Shown here: one piece after another, positions 26,798 through 40,822 of the stretch
How the letters are laid out: each line of letters begins with the position of its first letter
Position numbering within the stretch: the first letter of the stretch is position 1
Origin: Sphyrna mokarran
Lineage: Eukaryota
Reading direction: 5' to 3'
DNA length: 64,000 nt
Assembly: GCA_024679065.1 (NCBI GenBank)
Contig: JAGIQG010000018.1
Span: forward strand, 35,216,001-35,280,000
The notes under the pieces: generated by a model
Seen by the model: the letters and a program-made list of their open reading frames with translations, nothing else
The model's database searches: none
What the model was told of the DNA's origin: nothing
Made by a program: the position numbers and the translations under genes

Positions 26798-27420
26798 GTA
26801 AACTTAAGGCAGTTTCAATTATTTCCAACACCACAATACTTGGAATTACCTCTCTGCACTGTTGTACGTTGAAGCTTTTTACAAAGATTGACATCCATAC
26901 TACTTTGCCCACTCCTTATCAACCTCTTATACACAATCCCAGAAATTGTTTTGTATCCTGTTTATATTCTAATTTGGGTCTTCAGACTTGCCACATACAA
27001 TCTCAATCCTATTTATGCTCGTTGTACGCTGTCATTTGCTGTTCAAATCTTAAGTTTTGAACTTCCAGTTTTCTGAGCTTGGCTAAATCCTGAACCAGAC
27101 TCATTGTATTGACTAGGATAAGATCATGGATTGACTTTCATATGCCTTTTGTACTCAGATTCCATAGTATTTAACCTGTGGTTCTCAATGTCCTTGTTGA
27201 TTGTAAATTTTTAACTAAAGTGCATTGAATTGCATTGTTGAATGACCTGAGTACATTGCTGTAAAGACCAGTGTCTTCAATTTGATTTTCCCTTTGTGAC
27301 TTTGGAGGAAGAAAAAAGGCATTTGGCCTCGTGCTTCTGTATACCGAACACAAATATTTATAATCATTTAAATTTGCTTGTTGACTAGGATTAATGAGTT
27401 GCTGCTTTTTATTTCAACAG

Positions 27421-27579
27421 ATTATCTACATTACTTGTGCCATTACCACAGTGTACTTGATCTATGTTAAGTTTAAGGCCACCTATGATGGAAACCATGA
27501 TACGTTCCGTGTGGAATTTCTAGTTGTTCCTGTAGGCGGCTTGTCTTTCCTTGTCAATCATGACTTCTCTCCAATGGAG
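27421..27579 (+). CDS. KDELR2: KDELR2 exon 3 (IIYITC..ATYDGNHDTFRVEFLVVPVGGLSFLVNHDFSPME)
   Basis: aacag acceptor, gtaaat donor, 159 nt. VVPVGGLSFL matches recalled KDELR2. Confidence 0.97.
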
Positions 27580-28942
27580 GTAAATCCCTTTTCACTTAAA
27601 TTAAAATAGTGTTTGGAATTTTGTTTCATTTTCTGTTTTTCAGCTGTCTTTGTATGTAACCCAACTGAGGACATGGATTGGAACAATCTATTAGCATATT
27701 TTATAGCAGTGGCCTCAAGATGTGTAACAGAAGCTTAAATTTTTTATTTTTGATCCTCATTAGTAAACTTTCAAGCTACTGTTCTGTATCTCCTTATGGC
27801 ATCTCCCCATAGTGTGGGATAGAGAATCTAGCATTGCTCTTCGTTTAAAATTCCCCCTTTTCTTGATGGACAACCCTCTGCTAATTTTAATCTGTGAACT
27901 GTCTTTGTGCTTAGTCAAGCATTGTGTGGTGGAAAATACGGATGAGACAGTAAGTAATCTTTTGGGAACAAATCCATTTCCTAGTCCCGTATTTGACTTC
28001 GGTCTCATATCAACTTGATTGACCATCACCTGCCCTTGGAATTAGCCTAGCAACTCAGTTGCAAAAAGCAAGGTCAATGCTAGTCTTGTAGTGAAATCAG
28101 CCGGATGGGTCCCTTTGGGGTCTTAAGTTGACATTTTGTTGGTCACAAATGAATGATTTCACAGTTAGTGGGATTTTAACTGATCTCTGCCTGCTGATCC
28201 AGTACCATGCATATTGTGCCTCCTGTATATTGTAATGAAATTGTATCCATCACCTAATCAATTGTAATGCTTTAATGAATTATCCCCTTGTGTACCATTT
28301 TCAAAAGTGTTACAAAGTAGCTTGTAGAATTTTTAATGTTTTTGGACTATTTCTTCCCATTGTCATCTGTCTTTATTGTTTGGTATTTAAAATTGCAATG
28401 TTTACCTGTTCAACTGTTCTCCAATGGACTAGAGATAAGACATGAGATTTTTTGTGTTGGGTAATGACTTGTTACAGAATTTATTGCAATTGTGGAATTT
28501 TAACATTTAAAAAACTTGTGATTGCATTCTTTCCTCTTTTTTTAAATGCTGGAATTTTATTCTGTCATGAAATGCAGGTTTCACTACCAGACCAGAATTT
28601 ATTGCCTCTCCCAATTGCCTTAAAGAAGGTGGTCCACTGCAACTTCAAATTGTTGTGGTCCATGGGGTTTGGTGCACCCATGGTGCTGTTTGAGAAAGTT
28701 TTCCAGCATATAGACATAGCAATTGTATTTTGGATACTTGCAGGATATTACTGTTTTGTGTTCCCAGGCAATTGCTGCCCTTGTCCTGGTGATGGCACTT
28801 GCTGGTTTAGAAGATTCTGTGGAAAGTGCCTTGAGGTTGTAATAAGTCAAAAAGCAGTTGGTAATGAAGGTCTGAAATTTTGTGTAGTGGGAGAATTGTA
28901 GCTTGAATAGAGTTTTTAAAAAAAAACTTAACTCTCTTCTAG

Positions 28943-29195
28943 ATCCTGTGGACATTCTCAATTTACTTGGAGTCAGTTGCAATTCTTCCCCAGCTTTTCA
29001 TGATCAGCAAGACAGGCGAAGCAGAGACCATCACAACTCATTATCTCTTCTTCCTTGGCTTGTACCGTGGTCTGTACCTTATCAACTGGATCTGGCGCTA
29101 TTACTTTGAGGGTTTCTTTGACCTCATTGCTATTGTGGCTGGCTTGGTTCAGACTATTCTCTACTGTGACTTTTTCTATTTGTACGTCACAAAAG
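28943..29195 (+). CDS. KDELR2: KDELR2 exon 4 ([49 protein letters not shown])
   Basis: ttctag acceptor, G|gtgaga donor, 253 nt. Confidence 0.97.
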
Positions 29196-29699
29196 GTGAG
29201 AAACCAAAGATTTTCACTTTTTGCTTTTTCATTTTATACTGGAGAAACTTTTCTAAATGTTAAAAAATTATTTGGGAACCCTAGTGATGAACCTGTATAA
29301 AAGGATGATGGCAAAGATGTAGCAAAAGTTTTTGGTAAATATTTTGTAACTTTTGATCCACTGTGTCCTTAAGTTGTCAGGCACACCCCTTAATAATCCA
29401 TTCATAATTATCTGCAAAATTCAGTCTTTAGTCAAGGATTACAAGAGAAGAGCACTGTATAAATCATATGCTAGAAAAATTGTGCCAAGTAACTATTTAC
29501 AGATTTGATACATGAAAATACCATTAACATGTGGATTTTGCAATTATGCAGAACCACTAACTGGAAAGCAGTAATAAATTGCAGCTAAATGGGTGATGTG
29601 TGAATAAATATATAAAATTATACATTGCAAGAGTATATTTCTCACTGAAGTTTTAAAATGTTTGAATAGAATGAAACAGTTGTTCATCTCTGCAGAAGT

Positions 29700-31060
29700 T
29701 TCTCAGGTAAAAGTCCTAGGCCCAGCCATCTTTAGCTGCCTCATCAATGACTTCCTGGGTTGTTGGCATATGACTGCATGTACAATGTTCAGCACCATTC
29801 GCAACTTAGATCCTGAAGTAGTTTGTGTTCAAATGTAGCAAGAACTGGGCAAAATCTAGGATTGTGTTAACAAGTGGCAAATAACATTGCCTGGCAAATA
29901 ACATTGCCAGACAATAAGGGAGGATCTATGGCATTATATTGAATCTCCCACTATCAACATCCTGGAGCTGGGGGGGGCTTCCATTGACCAAACGTTGAAC
30001 TGGCAAGTGATATGAATACTGTGACTACAAAAATAGATCGGAGGCAAGTAATCCTGCAGTGAGTAACTTGCCTCCTGATTCCCCAAATCCTGTCCAGGTG
30101 ATGGAATACTCTTGCCTGGATGAGTGCAGCACCAACAAGTCAAAGCTTGACACCATCCAAGACAAAGTAGCCTGCTTGGTTGGTACCCCATTCACAAACA
30201 TTCACTCTCTCTAATACCAATATCAATGCAAAGAACAGAAAATTACAGCACAGGAACAGGCCCTTCGATCCTCCACACTTGCACCAACCATGCTGCCAGA
30301 TGTAACAAAAATCCCCTACCCTTCTGGGGACCATATCCTTCTATTCCCATCCTATTCCATGTAATTTTTAAGATGCCCCTTAAAAGTCACTACTGTATCT
30401 GCTACCTTCCCTGGCAATGAATTCCAGGCATCCACTACTGTGTTTTTAAAAAAAAAAATGCCTTGTACATCATTTAAATTCCTGTAGCACCTTAATCCTA
30501 TGCCCCCCAGTAATTGACTCTTCCACCCTGGGAAAAAGCTTCTGACTATCCACTTTGTTCATGCCTCTCAATCTTTAGACTTCTATCAGGTCTCCTCGAC
30601 TTAGTCACTCCAGTAAGAACGAACCAAGTTTCTCTAACCTCTCCCCATACTAATGCCCCCATACCACACAACATCCTGTTAAATCTTTTCTGTATCCTCT
30701 CCAAAGCCTCCACATCCTTGTAATGTGGCAACCAGAACTGAACACTATTCCAAGTGTGGCTTAGCTATGGTTCTATAAAGCTGCAACGTAACCTACCAAT
30801 TTTTAAACTCAGTATCCTGGCTCAGTATTCTGTCATTTACTATACATTTCCTAACTATATTAAACCTTCCAAAATGCATTACCTCACATTAAACTCCATC
30901 TGCCATCTTTCCACCAAGTCTCCAATTGATCTAGCAGCTGCAGTGTGTACCATCTACAAAATTTACTGCAAGAACTTACCAAAGTTCCTTCAATAGCAAC
31001 TACCAAACACTCTACCATCTAGAAGGACAAAATCAGCAGATAGTTGGGGACACCATCAAT
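29700..31060 (+). mobile_element. Old L2/CR1-superclade LINE fragment (+) with a nested minus-strand CR1 at about 30230-30935
   Basis: Outer sequence resembles 39330-39670. The nested part encodes PHYKDVEALERIQKRF on the minus strand. Confidence 0.7.
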
Positions 31061-31923
31061 TTGAGCACTCTTTCTTCCCCTTCCCAAAAGGTCACTTTCT
31101 AGATTACTAGTCCAGTGACTGCCACTAAGTCACTGTGTCCCACTGGCTGGTTCAAGTCCCACTCAAAGGCTTGAGTCATTCACTTGGATTGCCTTTTCTG
31201 TGCAACAATGATGAAGTAATGCACGTGGTCTCTTTCAGAGCAGTATTAAGCAGGGGCTAATTTGATGGTTCAGGCAGATATCCATAGAAGTGTTCAAAAG
31301 AAGTTCTCATGCCAATGGTCACTTTTCCTCCCTAAGTCACCACTATCAAAATATCATCACCTAGCTATGCCATTGTGTGAATAATTAGTTGTTGAGTTTG
31401 CTTAAGGGGAACAGTGGCATACTAGGCATGGTCACATAATGTACATTTCTGAATTAGTAATTCAGAGACTAGTTTGTTAGTTGGAGAATTAAAATTCAGT
31501 TAGTTAAGTCAGGGTAGGGAGGACAGCACAGTATCAGTAATAACTACTAAATGTTTTAAAAACCTCTTGTTGATGCCTTTTTAAGGAAAGAAATGTGCCT
31601 TCCCTAATTTGCTTCACATTCAGAGTGATGTCGTCCAATGTGGTTGACCCTTAACTGCCCTCTGAAATGGCCCAGCAAGCTACTCAGTTGTATTCTCAAA
31701 ATGGCTCACTACCATTTGTGCAATGAATATTAATAAATGCCTGTGACCCCCATATTGTGTATGAATAAAATAAGTTATTGCACATTGAAGTAATTCAGTG
31801 GTGATTTTGCATATTTGAGGTATAATGCAAGTGCAAGCGTTATTACAAATATGCCCATTACATTCTTGTGAATGTTACATTGCATATTCTGACTTTTTCT
31901 CTCTCCACATTTTGCTCTTTTAG

Positions 31924-31958
31924 TTCTCAAAGGAAAGAAGCTGAGTTTACCAGCTTAA
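31924..31958 (+). CDS. KDELR2: KDELR2 exon 5 coding part (VLKGKKLSLPA*)
   Basis: ttttag acceptor. Exons sum to 639 nt = 212 aa plus stop, with the canonical KKLSLPA end. Confidence 0.97.
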
Positions 31959-32868
31959 GTGCCAAAGATCATCTAAACTTCTGTTGGTCACATCTGGACA
32001 GAGGAAGAATTACAACACAACAGAAAACTTATCAAGAGTGTAAGATGCCTGAGACAGAGAGCGAGGGGACACGTTTTAAGAATTGCATTTAAACTTGATG
32101 TCAACAACTGTTCTGTAGTCTGATGGACCACAAATATCAGTTTTCTGTTTTATGCATCTTGCCTTTTTTATTACAGTGTAAAAATATATTTTCTACAAAG
32201 GAATATATACTGAAAGGATGAATTACTTGCAGTGGTTTAAAAAAAACTTGGAAGCTTAGATTGGAAATACTGAGTGTTTCCCTTTAGCTGTTTACAAGGA
32301 TCAAGTGCAAATTGTTTCAATAATATCTGTAAATTACTGACCAGTTTAATTAGAACATGGTATCTAATGTGCAAAGCTGGTCCTCTAGTTTTTCAACCAC
32401 TTGCTCTATTTATTTGAATTTGCCAAATTTTTTCGAACCTGATTCATTCTTTCCTCCACTGCCCCAATTAAAACACTAGAATTGTCTCAAGGCTGATGTG
32501 ATTTAGCTATGCCTTGTTGTCTGGGTGACGAGGTTTCCTTTATTCAATCAGTGGTTAAACCACCTTCACGTGGAATGCATGTATTCTGTCCTTTGGCATA
32601 TGTTCTTGTGAACATAATACATGAAGAATAAAGATTACAGAAACCTTACTAGATGTGCATATTACTGACTGAAAAGTGATTTGGATTGTGTAACGTTAGA
32701 TATTCAAGGGACCATATGACTTGAGTTTAATCTTGACTTTTTTAATTGAACAAATCACTTTTAGAATCGTTGGCCTGGACTACCACTCTTATCTCTTGGA
32801 AACATTAGGGGGGGTTGTCGTGTTTTTTTACACTAAGCTGTTGCATGATATCTTGTGATACTGCCCCA

Positions 32869-32874
32869 AATAAA
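32869..32874 (+). terminator. Probable KDELR2 polyadenylation signal AATAAA (another at 32627-32632)
   Basis: AATAAA followed by a GT/T-rich stretch, about 0.9 kb after the stop. Confidence 0.5.
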
Positions 32875-34020
32875 CATTTTATGGAAAATATTCATGTCTG
32901 TTGTGTTCTAGCATGTTGCTGTCCATCTTGCATTTTAATGTAGCTTTGATAGTGAGGTGGTACTGGAAAATATTTGCTTTGAATCAGCAGTAGTTTTCAA
33001 CCCATCTTTGTACATATATGGGAAGGCTGAAAGTATTGGGGATCCCTTCAAATATTATGGGCAAGTTATCCTTATTTTGTGCCCATTCCTACTATCATTA
33101 AAATCTACCCAAAGAATACATTGAGTATATTATTAAACTAAAAACATTAAAGACCCTGGTCCATTAATATCCATGGATCCCAGTTTGAAACTAGGTTTTT
33201 GCATCATTTGACTATGCTCTTGCTCCTGGGAAAAAGTCAAATAATTTTCTTGTCCTTTTTTTTTTTTTGGTGTACATTTTAGGATTTGCTTTGGGGTAAT
33301 AATTTTGGGGTTAACTAATTTTAGGTCAGTTACTTGTGCAATTTGAGATGACAAAACGAGGTCATGTACATTGTTGTTCTTGTGCGCAAATGCATTGCTA
33401 GTTTTCTGTCTCAGATTTGAAGAGATTATTGTCAAGTGTCAAATGAAAAGTAAGCTTGAATAAATACACTGCCTTTAAAGTAACAAAATATCATGGTTCA
33501 GAAAGGCATTATAGAACAGACTGACAAAACCATGAATAATTGGAGGCAGTTGACTACAAATGCAGTTGGATTTAGATTGTTGGGAATATCTAAAGGATGA
33601 AATGAGAGGTGAAGTTTCGAATGGGAATTATGGAGAGCCCAGACAGCTGAAAGCACAACCACCAGTGATGGAACAATTTAAATCCAGGATGCTCAATAGG
33701 CCAGGATTGGAGAAGCACAGGTCTTGAGAGGTTGGTGAGATTAGAGATGAAAAGCCTGGACATTTTGTTTTCAATGTTGTTTTGGTCTGTATAGGTCAGC
33801 AAATGTAGGATTGATGGATCAGCAAGATTGAGTTATAAAACAGGTAGCAGAATTTTGAATGACAATTTGAGTGTAAAATGTAAGAAGCCAGTGAACATCA
33901 AGAATAGTCACACTTGGAGATTTTGTACAAGAGTTGAGACGGGTGACAGTTGGCAGTCTTGATGACAGTAGGTTTTGTGGTTGATAGCTCATTTCTGGAT
34001 CTGATGTGATACCATGGTTG

Positions 34021-34233
34021 CCATGAATTGGATTTACTGATGTTGGACTGGGGTAGGCACAGTAAGTAATCTCAACACCAGGTTAAAGTCCAGAAGACTT
34101 ATTTGGTAGCATGAGCTTTTGGAATGCTGTTCCTTCACTCTGAGAGTGCCTCACCTGTTGAAGGGGCAGTGTTCCAAAAGCTCATGCTACCAAATAAACC
34201 TGTTGGATTTTAACCTGATGTTGAGACTACTTA
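34021..34233. mobile_element. Short palindromic Penelope-derived element with a degenerate hammerhead core; 14-bp TSD tgataccatggttg
   Basis: About 75-bp inverted arms. TSD at 34007-34020 and 34234-34247. Core cacCTGtTGAaggggcagtgttccaAAAgctcatg at 34152-34186. Confidence 0.75.
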
Positions 34234-36639
34234 TGATACCATGGTTGTGAAGTTAGAAATACAGCAGCAGCACTTTTGCTCAGACAATCCTTATGCCACT
34301 AGATCAACTTTTCAATTCTATTTTGGTGAACCAAACCTGAAATTGAGGAATTTTGAATTTGGATAAGTCCTAAAGGAATAAAACATATGATGACCAGCCT
34401 TCTACAGAAAACACCAATGCCTGGAACCACATGTTTTAGTTTTCCCATCTGGCACATTTTACCAAAAAAAAAGTCTACTTATCAACAAGCTGCAGCACCA
34501 CATGGAAAAACTTTAATAGATTTACCTAAAGAGCTTCAAAACAACATTAACAAGTAAATTGTGTCTTATTCTTGTAGAAGTTCAGATGTTGGAATTCTGA
34601 AATAAAAACAAAGTATTGGGAATACTCAGCAGATCTGACAAACTTAACATTTCTGGTTGATGTCCTATTTTTTTAATATATTTTAATGGCAATTTTTGTC
34701 AATGGGATAGTTATCAATGCTCAAGTCTTATGATTTAAGTTTTTGTATCCAACACATAATTCAGTATAGTTTTCACAAGCAGCAAATGTTTGCAGCTCTC
34801 TGGTCTAAAGATGGATGCTCCAGTTTTTGGAGCAATGTTACACCTCAATGCTTTTGATTATCCAGTAGGTGGCGGAGTACAGGCAAAGCCTCTTAAATAA
34901 AAGTTCAAATGTGCGACACACCCCAGGCTTGAATTCAAATAGTTTCCACAATAGTTTTATCAATATGGTTTCTCAAGTAGTAATGAATTTTTATGATAAT
35001 GGTTTGAGGCTGTGACTGTGCAATTCTACTTTGTAGTAGCTTGATAGTGTAAATTGTAGACTCACTCAGGTTGAGTTCATTTTATTCAAATATTAATTCT
35101 CTCTCTCCCCACCTGCCCCCTCCACCCCTTGCAGGCTTGTAATCTGTTGCCTGACAACCTGTGAATGCTTTGGATGCCATTGCTCTCTCTAAACAAAGAT
35201 TATTTGGTAGTGTTTAGGACAGATACCTATTTGTTCTGGATGCAGACATCAAGTCAGAACTCCCAGGACCTGCATGTCCAACAAATTCATTTGTTTTCCA
35301 TTTTCAGAAGGTGTCCCCAAGATAATGCTGTGCCTGTGCTTGCCTCTACCTGCAATTCTTTAGCAATTTACTATACCTCTTCAATGGCAGATGGGCAAGT
35401 CTGTGTGCCTCCACTGAACTAGCACATTGTGTAGCTTTTCCTCTTCCTTAGCTACTTGGGACAGCTTTAAAGTGAGATCTGTGGTATCTAACTCTCTGCA
35501 AGGATGCTTTTGCAGTTCTTTTATAGGTTCTATTAGGCTAATCACAATGTATTGCATCCTTTAGGCTAATTGCAGAATGATTTATGATCATTCCTATACA
35601 TTTTTGTGCCCTTGCAGATTCTGCTTCATGCTCAGCAAACGTTGGTCTAATTTTGCAGCGCCTCATATGTCAACAGGCTTCAAATATTGTGAAAGGCCAT
35701 TTTGCCGAACAAGCCCTTGCTGGCGCTCAACAAAAGCAACATTCCACCAACGTTTCTCCACAGCTCTTTCTCTTCAGATAATTCAGATGCTTCACTGCAC
35801 TGTTAATATAAGCCTAGTTGTGACAAAGTTTAAATAGATGGGGTGTCGATTTTAAATACCTCATTCAAAAGATGCCATCTCCAACCATGCAGAATTCCCT
35901 TGGTAATGTGCTGAAATGTCAGCTTTGATTTGTGTGCTTAAGTTCTGGAGTGGAATTTGAATGTTGAACCCTATAACTCAGTGTTACCAACTGAACAACA
36001 CTTATCACATTTGGTACAGTATCTATGCCAATATTCCCTTACAGTGGTGAGAAGGTGCTACCTGTCAAAGGAATCATCCTTCAGTTGAGACACTAAGCCA
36101 AGGCCCTGTCTGCCTCCTCAAGTGGATGTTAAAATGTTCTGTGCATTAATTAAAAAAAACAGGTGCCTTCTAATGTCAACGTTCATCCCTCAACTGACAC
36201 AAAATGCAAACTAGCTTTTAACCATTTCACTATTTTTGGGCATATTAACTATTGTGTTCCCTACATAACAAAGACCGGCCTTCATTAGTTGCAAGTTAAT
36301 TTGGGAAGTTTTGGAAACATAATGCAACATAAATGCAAGTTCTTTATTTAACAAAGTTATATGTCATGATCCCCCATTGTATAGAATCCATACACACATC
36401 ACATTTTGAGCCTTTGTACCTCCAGGGTTACAAAGAAAGGACTGCATTTTATGTAATAAAATGTCCCATAGCACTTTGCTGGAACAATATAAAACAAAAT
36501 CATTGTGTCTCCTGCCAATGCAAGATGGCCACCAATACCCATCAAGTCATACACACACGCCTACATGTGCAGAAAACCATTGATACGTTTTTGTCCTTCC
36601 AAATTTGGGTTGTGTCAAGTCAAATTATAAAATACCATA

Positions 36640-37195
36640 TACAAAGTGTAGGCGACTAGAGGGACCTCGGGTTACATGTCCATAGGTTCCTGAAGGCAGC
36701 AGGATAGATAAAGTAGTTACAAAGGTATATGGGATACTTGCCTTTATTAACAAAGGCATTGAATATAAGAGGAGAGACGTAATGTTGGAGCTGTATAAGA
36801 CATTTGTTAGGCCACAGCTAAAATACTATGTGCATTTCTGGTTGCCACATAATGGAAGAGTATGAATACACAAGAAAGGGTGCAGAGAAGATTCACCAGG
36901 ATGTTGCCTAGGCTGGGGCATTTCAATTACAAAGAGAGGCTGGTTAAGCTGGAGTTGTTTTCCTTGGAGCAAACAAAGCTGAAGGGGGTCCTGTTTGAGG
37001 TGCACAAAATTATGAAGGACATATATGGAGTAGATAGGAAGAAACTTTTACCCTCATCTGAGGAATCAATAACCAGGGGGCATAGATTTAAGGAAATAGA
37101 CAGGAGATTTATATTGAGGTAAACTTTTTTCTCCTTGAAGGTGGTGGGAATCTGGAATTCTCTGCAATGATGATAAAGATGGGAACCCTCACAGT
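36640..37195 (+). mobile_element. CR1 LINE 3' ORF2 fragment
   Basis: ERVQRRFTRMLPRL..TRGHRFK peptide. Confidence 0.9.
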
Positions 37196-37229
37196 ATTTA
37201 TCATTAACATGAAAGGTAGTGTTGAACAA

Positions 37230-38755
37230 GCTAATGGAGGCTAAAGGTAGATAAATCTCCTTTAGTACATCCCAGGGTACTAAAAGTGATGACGGGGAAA
37301 TAGCAATACAGTAATAGTATTCACTGAACTTTGAGGTGGTTCCTGTAGATTGGAAAACAGCAAATGTGATGCCACTGTTTCAAAAAAGGAGATAGATAAA
37401 AGGCAGGTACCTGTAGTCCAGTTAGCTTAATTTCTGTCGTAGGGAAAATGCTTGAATCTATCGTTGAGGAAGAAATAGTGAGACATCTGGATATAAATTG
37501 TCCCATTGGTAAGATGCAGCATGGATTCATGAAGGGCAGGTCATGTTTGACTAATTTGGTGGAATTCTTTGAGAATATTACATATGCAGTGGACAATGGG
37601 GAACACATGGATATGGTGTATCTGGATTTCCAGAAGGCATCAAAACTTGCTACATAAGCTAAACGTGCACAGTGTTATGGGTAATATATTAGCATGGCTG
37701 GAGGATTGGTTAACTAACAGAAAGCAAAGAGTAGGGATAAATGGGTGTTTTTCTGGTTGACGATCAGAGACTAGTCGTGTGCCTCAGGGATCAGTGTTAG
37801 GACCACAATTGTTTATGATTTATATAGATGATTTGCAGTTGGGGACCTAGTGCAGTATGTCAAAATTCACAGATGACACTAAGATGGGTGGCAGAGCAAA
37901 ATGTGCGGAGGACGCTGAAAGTCTGCAAAGGATATAAATATTCTAAATGAGTGAGCGAGAGTCTGACAGATGGTGTATAATGTTGGTAAATGTGAGCTCA
38001 TCCATTTTGGTAGGAATAATAGCAAAATGGACTATTCTTTTAAATGGTAAAAAGTTACAGTCTGCTGCTGTGCAGAGGGACTTTAGTGTCCTTGTGCAAG
38101 AATCACAAGGAATTGGTTTGCACGTGCAGCAGGTAATTAAAAAAGCAAATGGAATTTTGTCCTTCATCGCTAGAGGGATGGAGTTTAAAAACAGCGAGGT
38201 TATGTTGCAGCTATATAAGGTGCTGGAAAGGCCATACCTGGAATACTGTGTACAGGTTTGGTCTCCTTTCTTGAGAAAAGATATACTGGCACTGGAGGGG
38301 CTGCAGAGGAGATTCACTAGGTTGATTTCAGAGTTGAGAAGTTTGGCTTATGAGGAGAGACTGAGTAGACTGGGACTAAACTCTTTGGAATTCAGAAGAA
38401 TGAGGGAAGATCCTGTAGAAACTTTTAAGATTATAAAGGGAATAAATAAGATAGAAGCAGGAAAGTTGTTTCCACTATCGGGCATGATCTCAAAATAAAG
38501 GGGAGCAGATTTAGGACTGAGTTAAGGAGAAACATCTTCACACAAAAGGTTGTGAATCTGTGGAAATCCCTGCCCAGTAAAGCAGTTGAGGCTACCTCAT
38601 TTAATGTTCTTGAGGCAAGGATAGATAGATTTTTGAATAGTAAAGGAATTAAGGGTTATGATGAGCAGGCAGGTAAGTGGCACTGAGTCCACAAAAAGAT
38701 CATCCGTAATCTTATTGAGTGTTGCAGCAGACTTAAAGGGACAGAAGTTCTTATG
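37230..38755 (+). mobile_element. CR1 LINE (RT domain to tail), decayed
   Basis: QHGFMKGRSCLTNLVEFF, VYLDFQKA and LEYCVQVWSP peptides. Confidence 0.95.
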
Positions 38756-38779
38756 ATCCACCTTAACCACCTCCTGAGG

Positions 38780-39900
38780 TCCCCAACATTACCAATTTTG
38801 TATGTAAGATCATTGGATCCGTAGCAAAGGCTACGGATCCCAATAGGAAACAGTTCTCAGTACTTGTGTGCCAGAACTAGTCTTGTTCCTGTCAAAGTTA
38901 GCATTGACCTGGAAATGTGGAAAATTATTCAGTAATGTCCTGATCACAAAACTGTTCAAATCCAACTGGTCATTTACTCTCAATCATCAGTAGTGATGGA
39001 AGGGGTCTGACAATGCTATAAAGCAGCATCCTCTCAGCAATAACCTGCTTGCTGATAGTCAGTAGCCCTGGCAGAGCCACAACTAACTGGAGGAGTCATT
39101 ACAGCCTTGGTCCAAATATAGACATAGGAGGAAAGGTAAGAGTGACTGCCCTTGACATCAAGACAGCTTGATAAAGGATTCCTTAATGCCTTTGTGGCTT
39201 CAAGGAGCCCGAATGAAACTGGAATCAATGGTAATCAAAGGAAAAACTCTGCTGATTAGAGTCATACTGAGCACAAATGCTTGTGATAGTTGGAGGTCAA
39301 TCATCAGACCTAGGGATCATTGCAGGAATTCTTCAGGGTCATGTTCTAGGCCCAATCATCTTCAGCTGCTTCATTAATAAAATCAGAAGTGCAGATGTTT
39401 GCTGATGATTACACATTGTTCATTTGCAGTGACATTTGCGGTGACTCAGGTACTGAAGAAATGTCTATATGCAGCAAGTCCCACACACCATTCAAGCTTG
39501 GGTTAAACGGCAAGTACATTCACACCCCAATGTGCCAGGAACTGACCGTATCCAATAAAAAAGAATCTAACCATCTCCTAATAACATTCAATGATATTAC
39601 CTTTGCTGAACCCCCTCTATCAAGATCCTGGGGATGTGAGGGTTATTATTTACCAGAAACTGAACTAGACCAGAACCCTTGTTTGAGTGGGTTTCTTCTT
39701 CCAGTCCAAAGATGTGCAGGTTAGGTTAATTGGCTATGTTAAATTGTTCCTTAGTGTCTCAAGGTGTATAGGTTAGAGAAATTAGTAAGTAAATATATGG
39801 GTTATGGGGATGGTGCCGTGATAACATGCTCTGTTGGACAGTTAGTACAGACTCGATTGGCCAGGTGGCCTCCTTCTACACTGTAAAGATTTTATGATTA
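38780..39900 (+). mobile_element. Old L2/CR1-superclade LINE RT fragment followed by a HE1-like SINE 3' part (about 39680-39900)
   Basis: MFADD motif; SINE-like gtccaaagatgtgcaggttagg block. Confidence 0.7.
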
Positions 39901-40822
39901 AGAAGCATTTAGATAGACACTTGAAATGCCATAGCACACAAGATTTTGGATCAAGTGGTGGAAAATGGGGTTAGAATCAATAGGCGTTTGATGGTTGGTG
40001 CAGATGGACCAAAGGACCTTGTTCCAGCCTTGAAAATCTATGACCATTCTATATTGATGTGGTATGACCTATGAAATGAATGGAGAATTGCAGTCATATA
40101 ATTAAGAAATCAGAATATTAGTAGGTTCCACAAAGACTAGTTGTCGTATAAACCAATGCTGGTCCAGCCTATAAAACATCCCACAACATTGCAAACCTCA
40201 TACTGCAGATTTTTCATTAGGCTGTGATTAACTCTTCAGTTGTCTGATGTAATTTTTTCAACAACAAAAAAGGGTAAATATAGAAAGAACAACCTATAAA
40301 TGCTGGATAGATTGAGTAGGTCCTGCAAAATTTATGTAGAAGCTTGGGTTAACAGGTCAGAGTGCTGAACCTTGTCTAGAAGTGAAAGCTAAATCAAAGA
40401 TTTCTCATCAAAGATATAATTACAGTTAATTTGCCTTTATTTCTCTCCTGGTTGCTGCCTACTCAGTTGCTGCCAATGGTGTCATGGTGTAAACAGCACA
40501 ACTGCGCATGCATCATATTGGCAGAAAATGCAGTCAAACATTGATATCACTGAGCCACATAAGGAAATATTAGATCAGATGATCAAAATCTTGAGTGAGG
40601 AGATAGATTTTAAGAATTGTCTTAAAGGTGGAAAGCCAGATAAACAGATCAAAAAGGTGCCATAGATAATTACAGAGCAAGATTAAAACTGGGATTATTC
40701 GAGAGCCAGAAAAAGAACACAAGTTATGGAGCTGGAGGAGGTTACTGAGTTACTGAGGAACAACATCATGGAGGGATTCAAAAAGAAGAATGAGAATCTT
40801 AAATCAAAATGTTGCTGAATTA

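Noticed and set aside
28452-28982. 149-aa and 120-aa overlapping ORFs in KDELR2 intron 3
   Set aside because: No recognisable domain; they overlap decayed repeat sequence and the exon 4 acceptor.
31959-31966. GTGCCAAA, an 8-mer match to the miR-96 seed
   Set aside because: It lies immediately after the stop codon, where sites are usually ineffective, and a single 8-mer is expected by chance.
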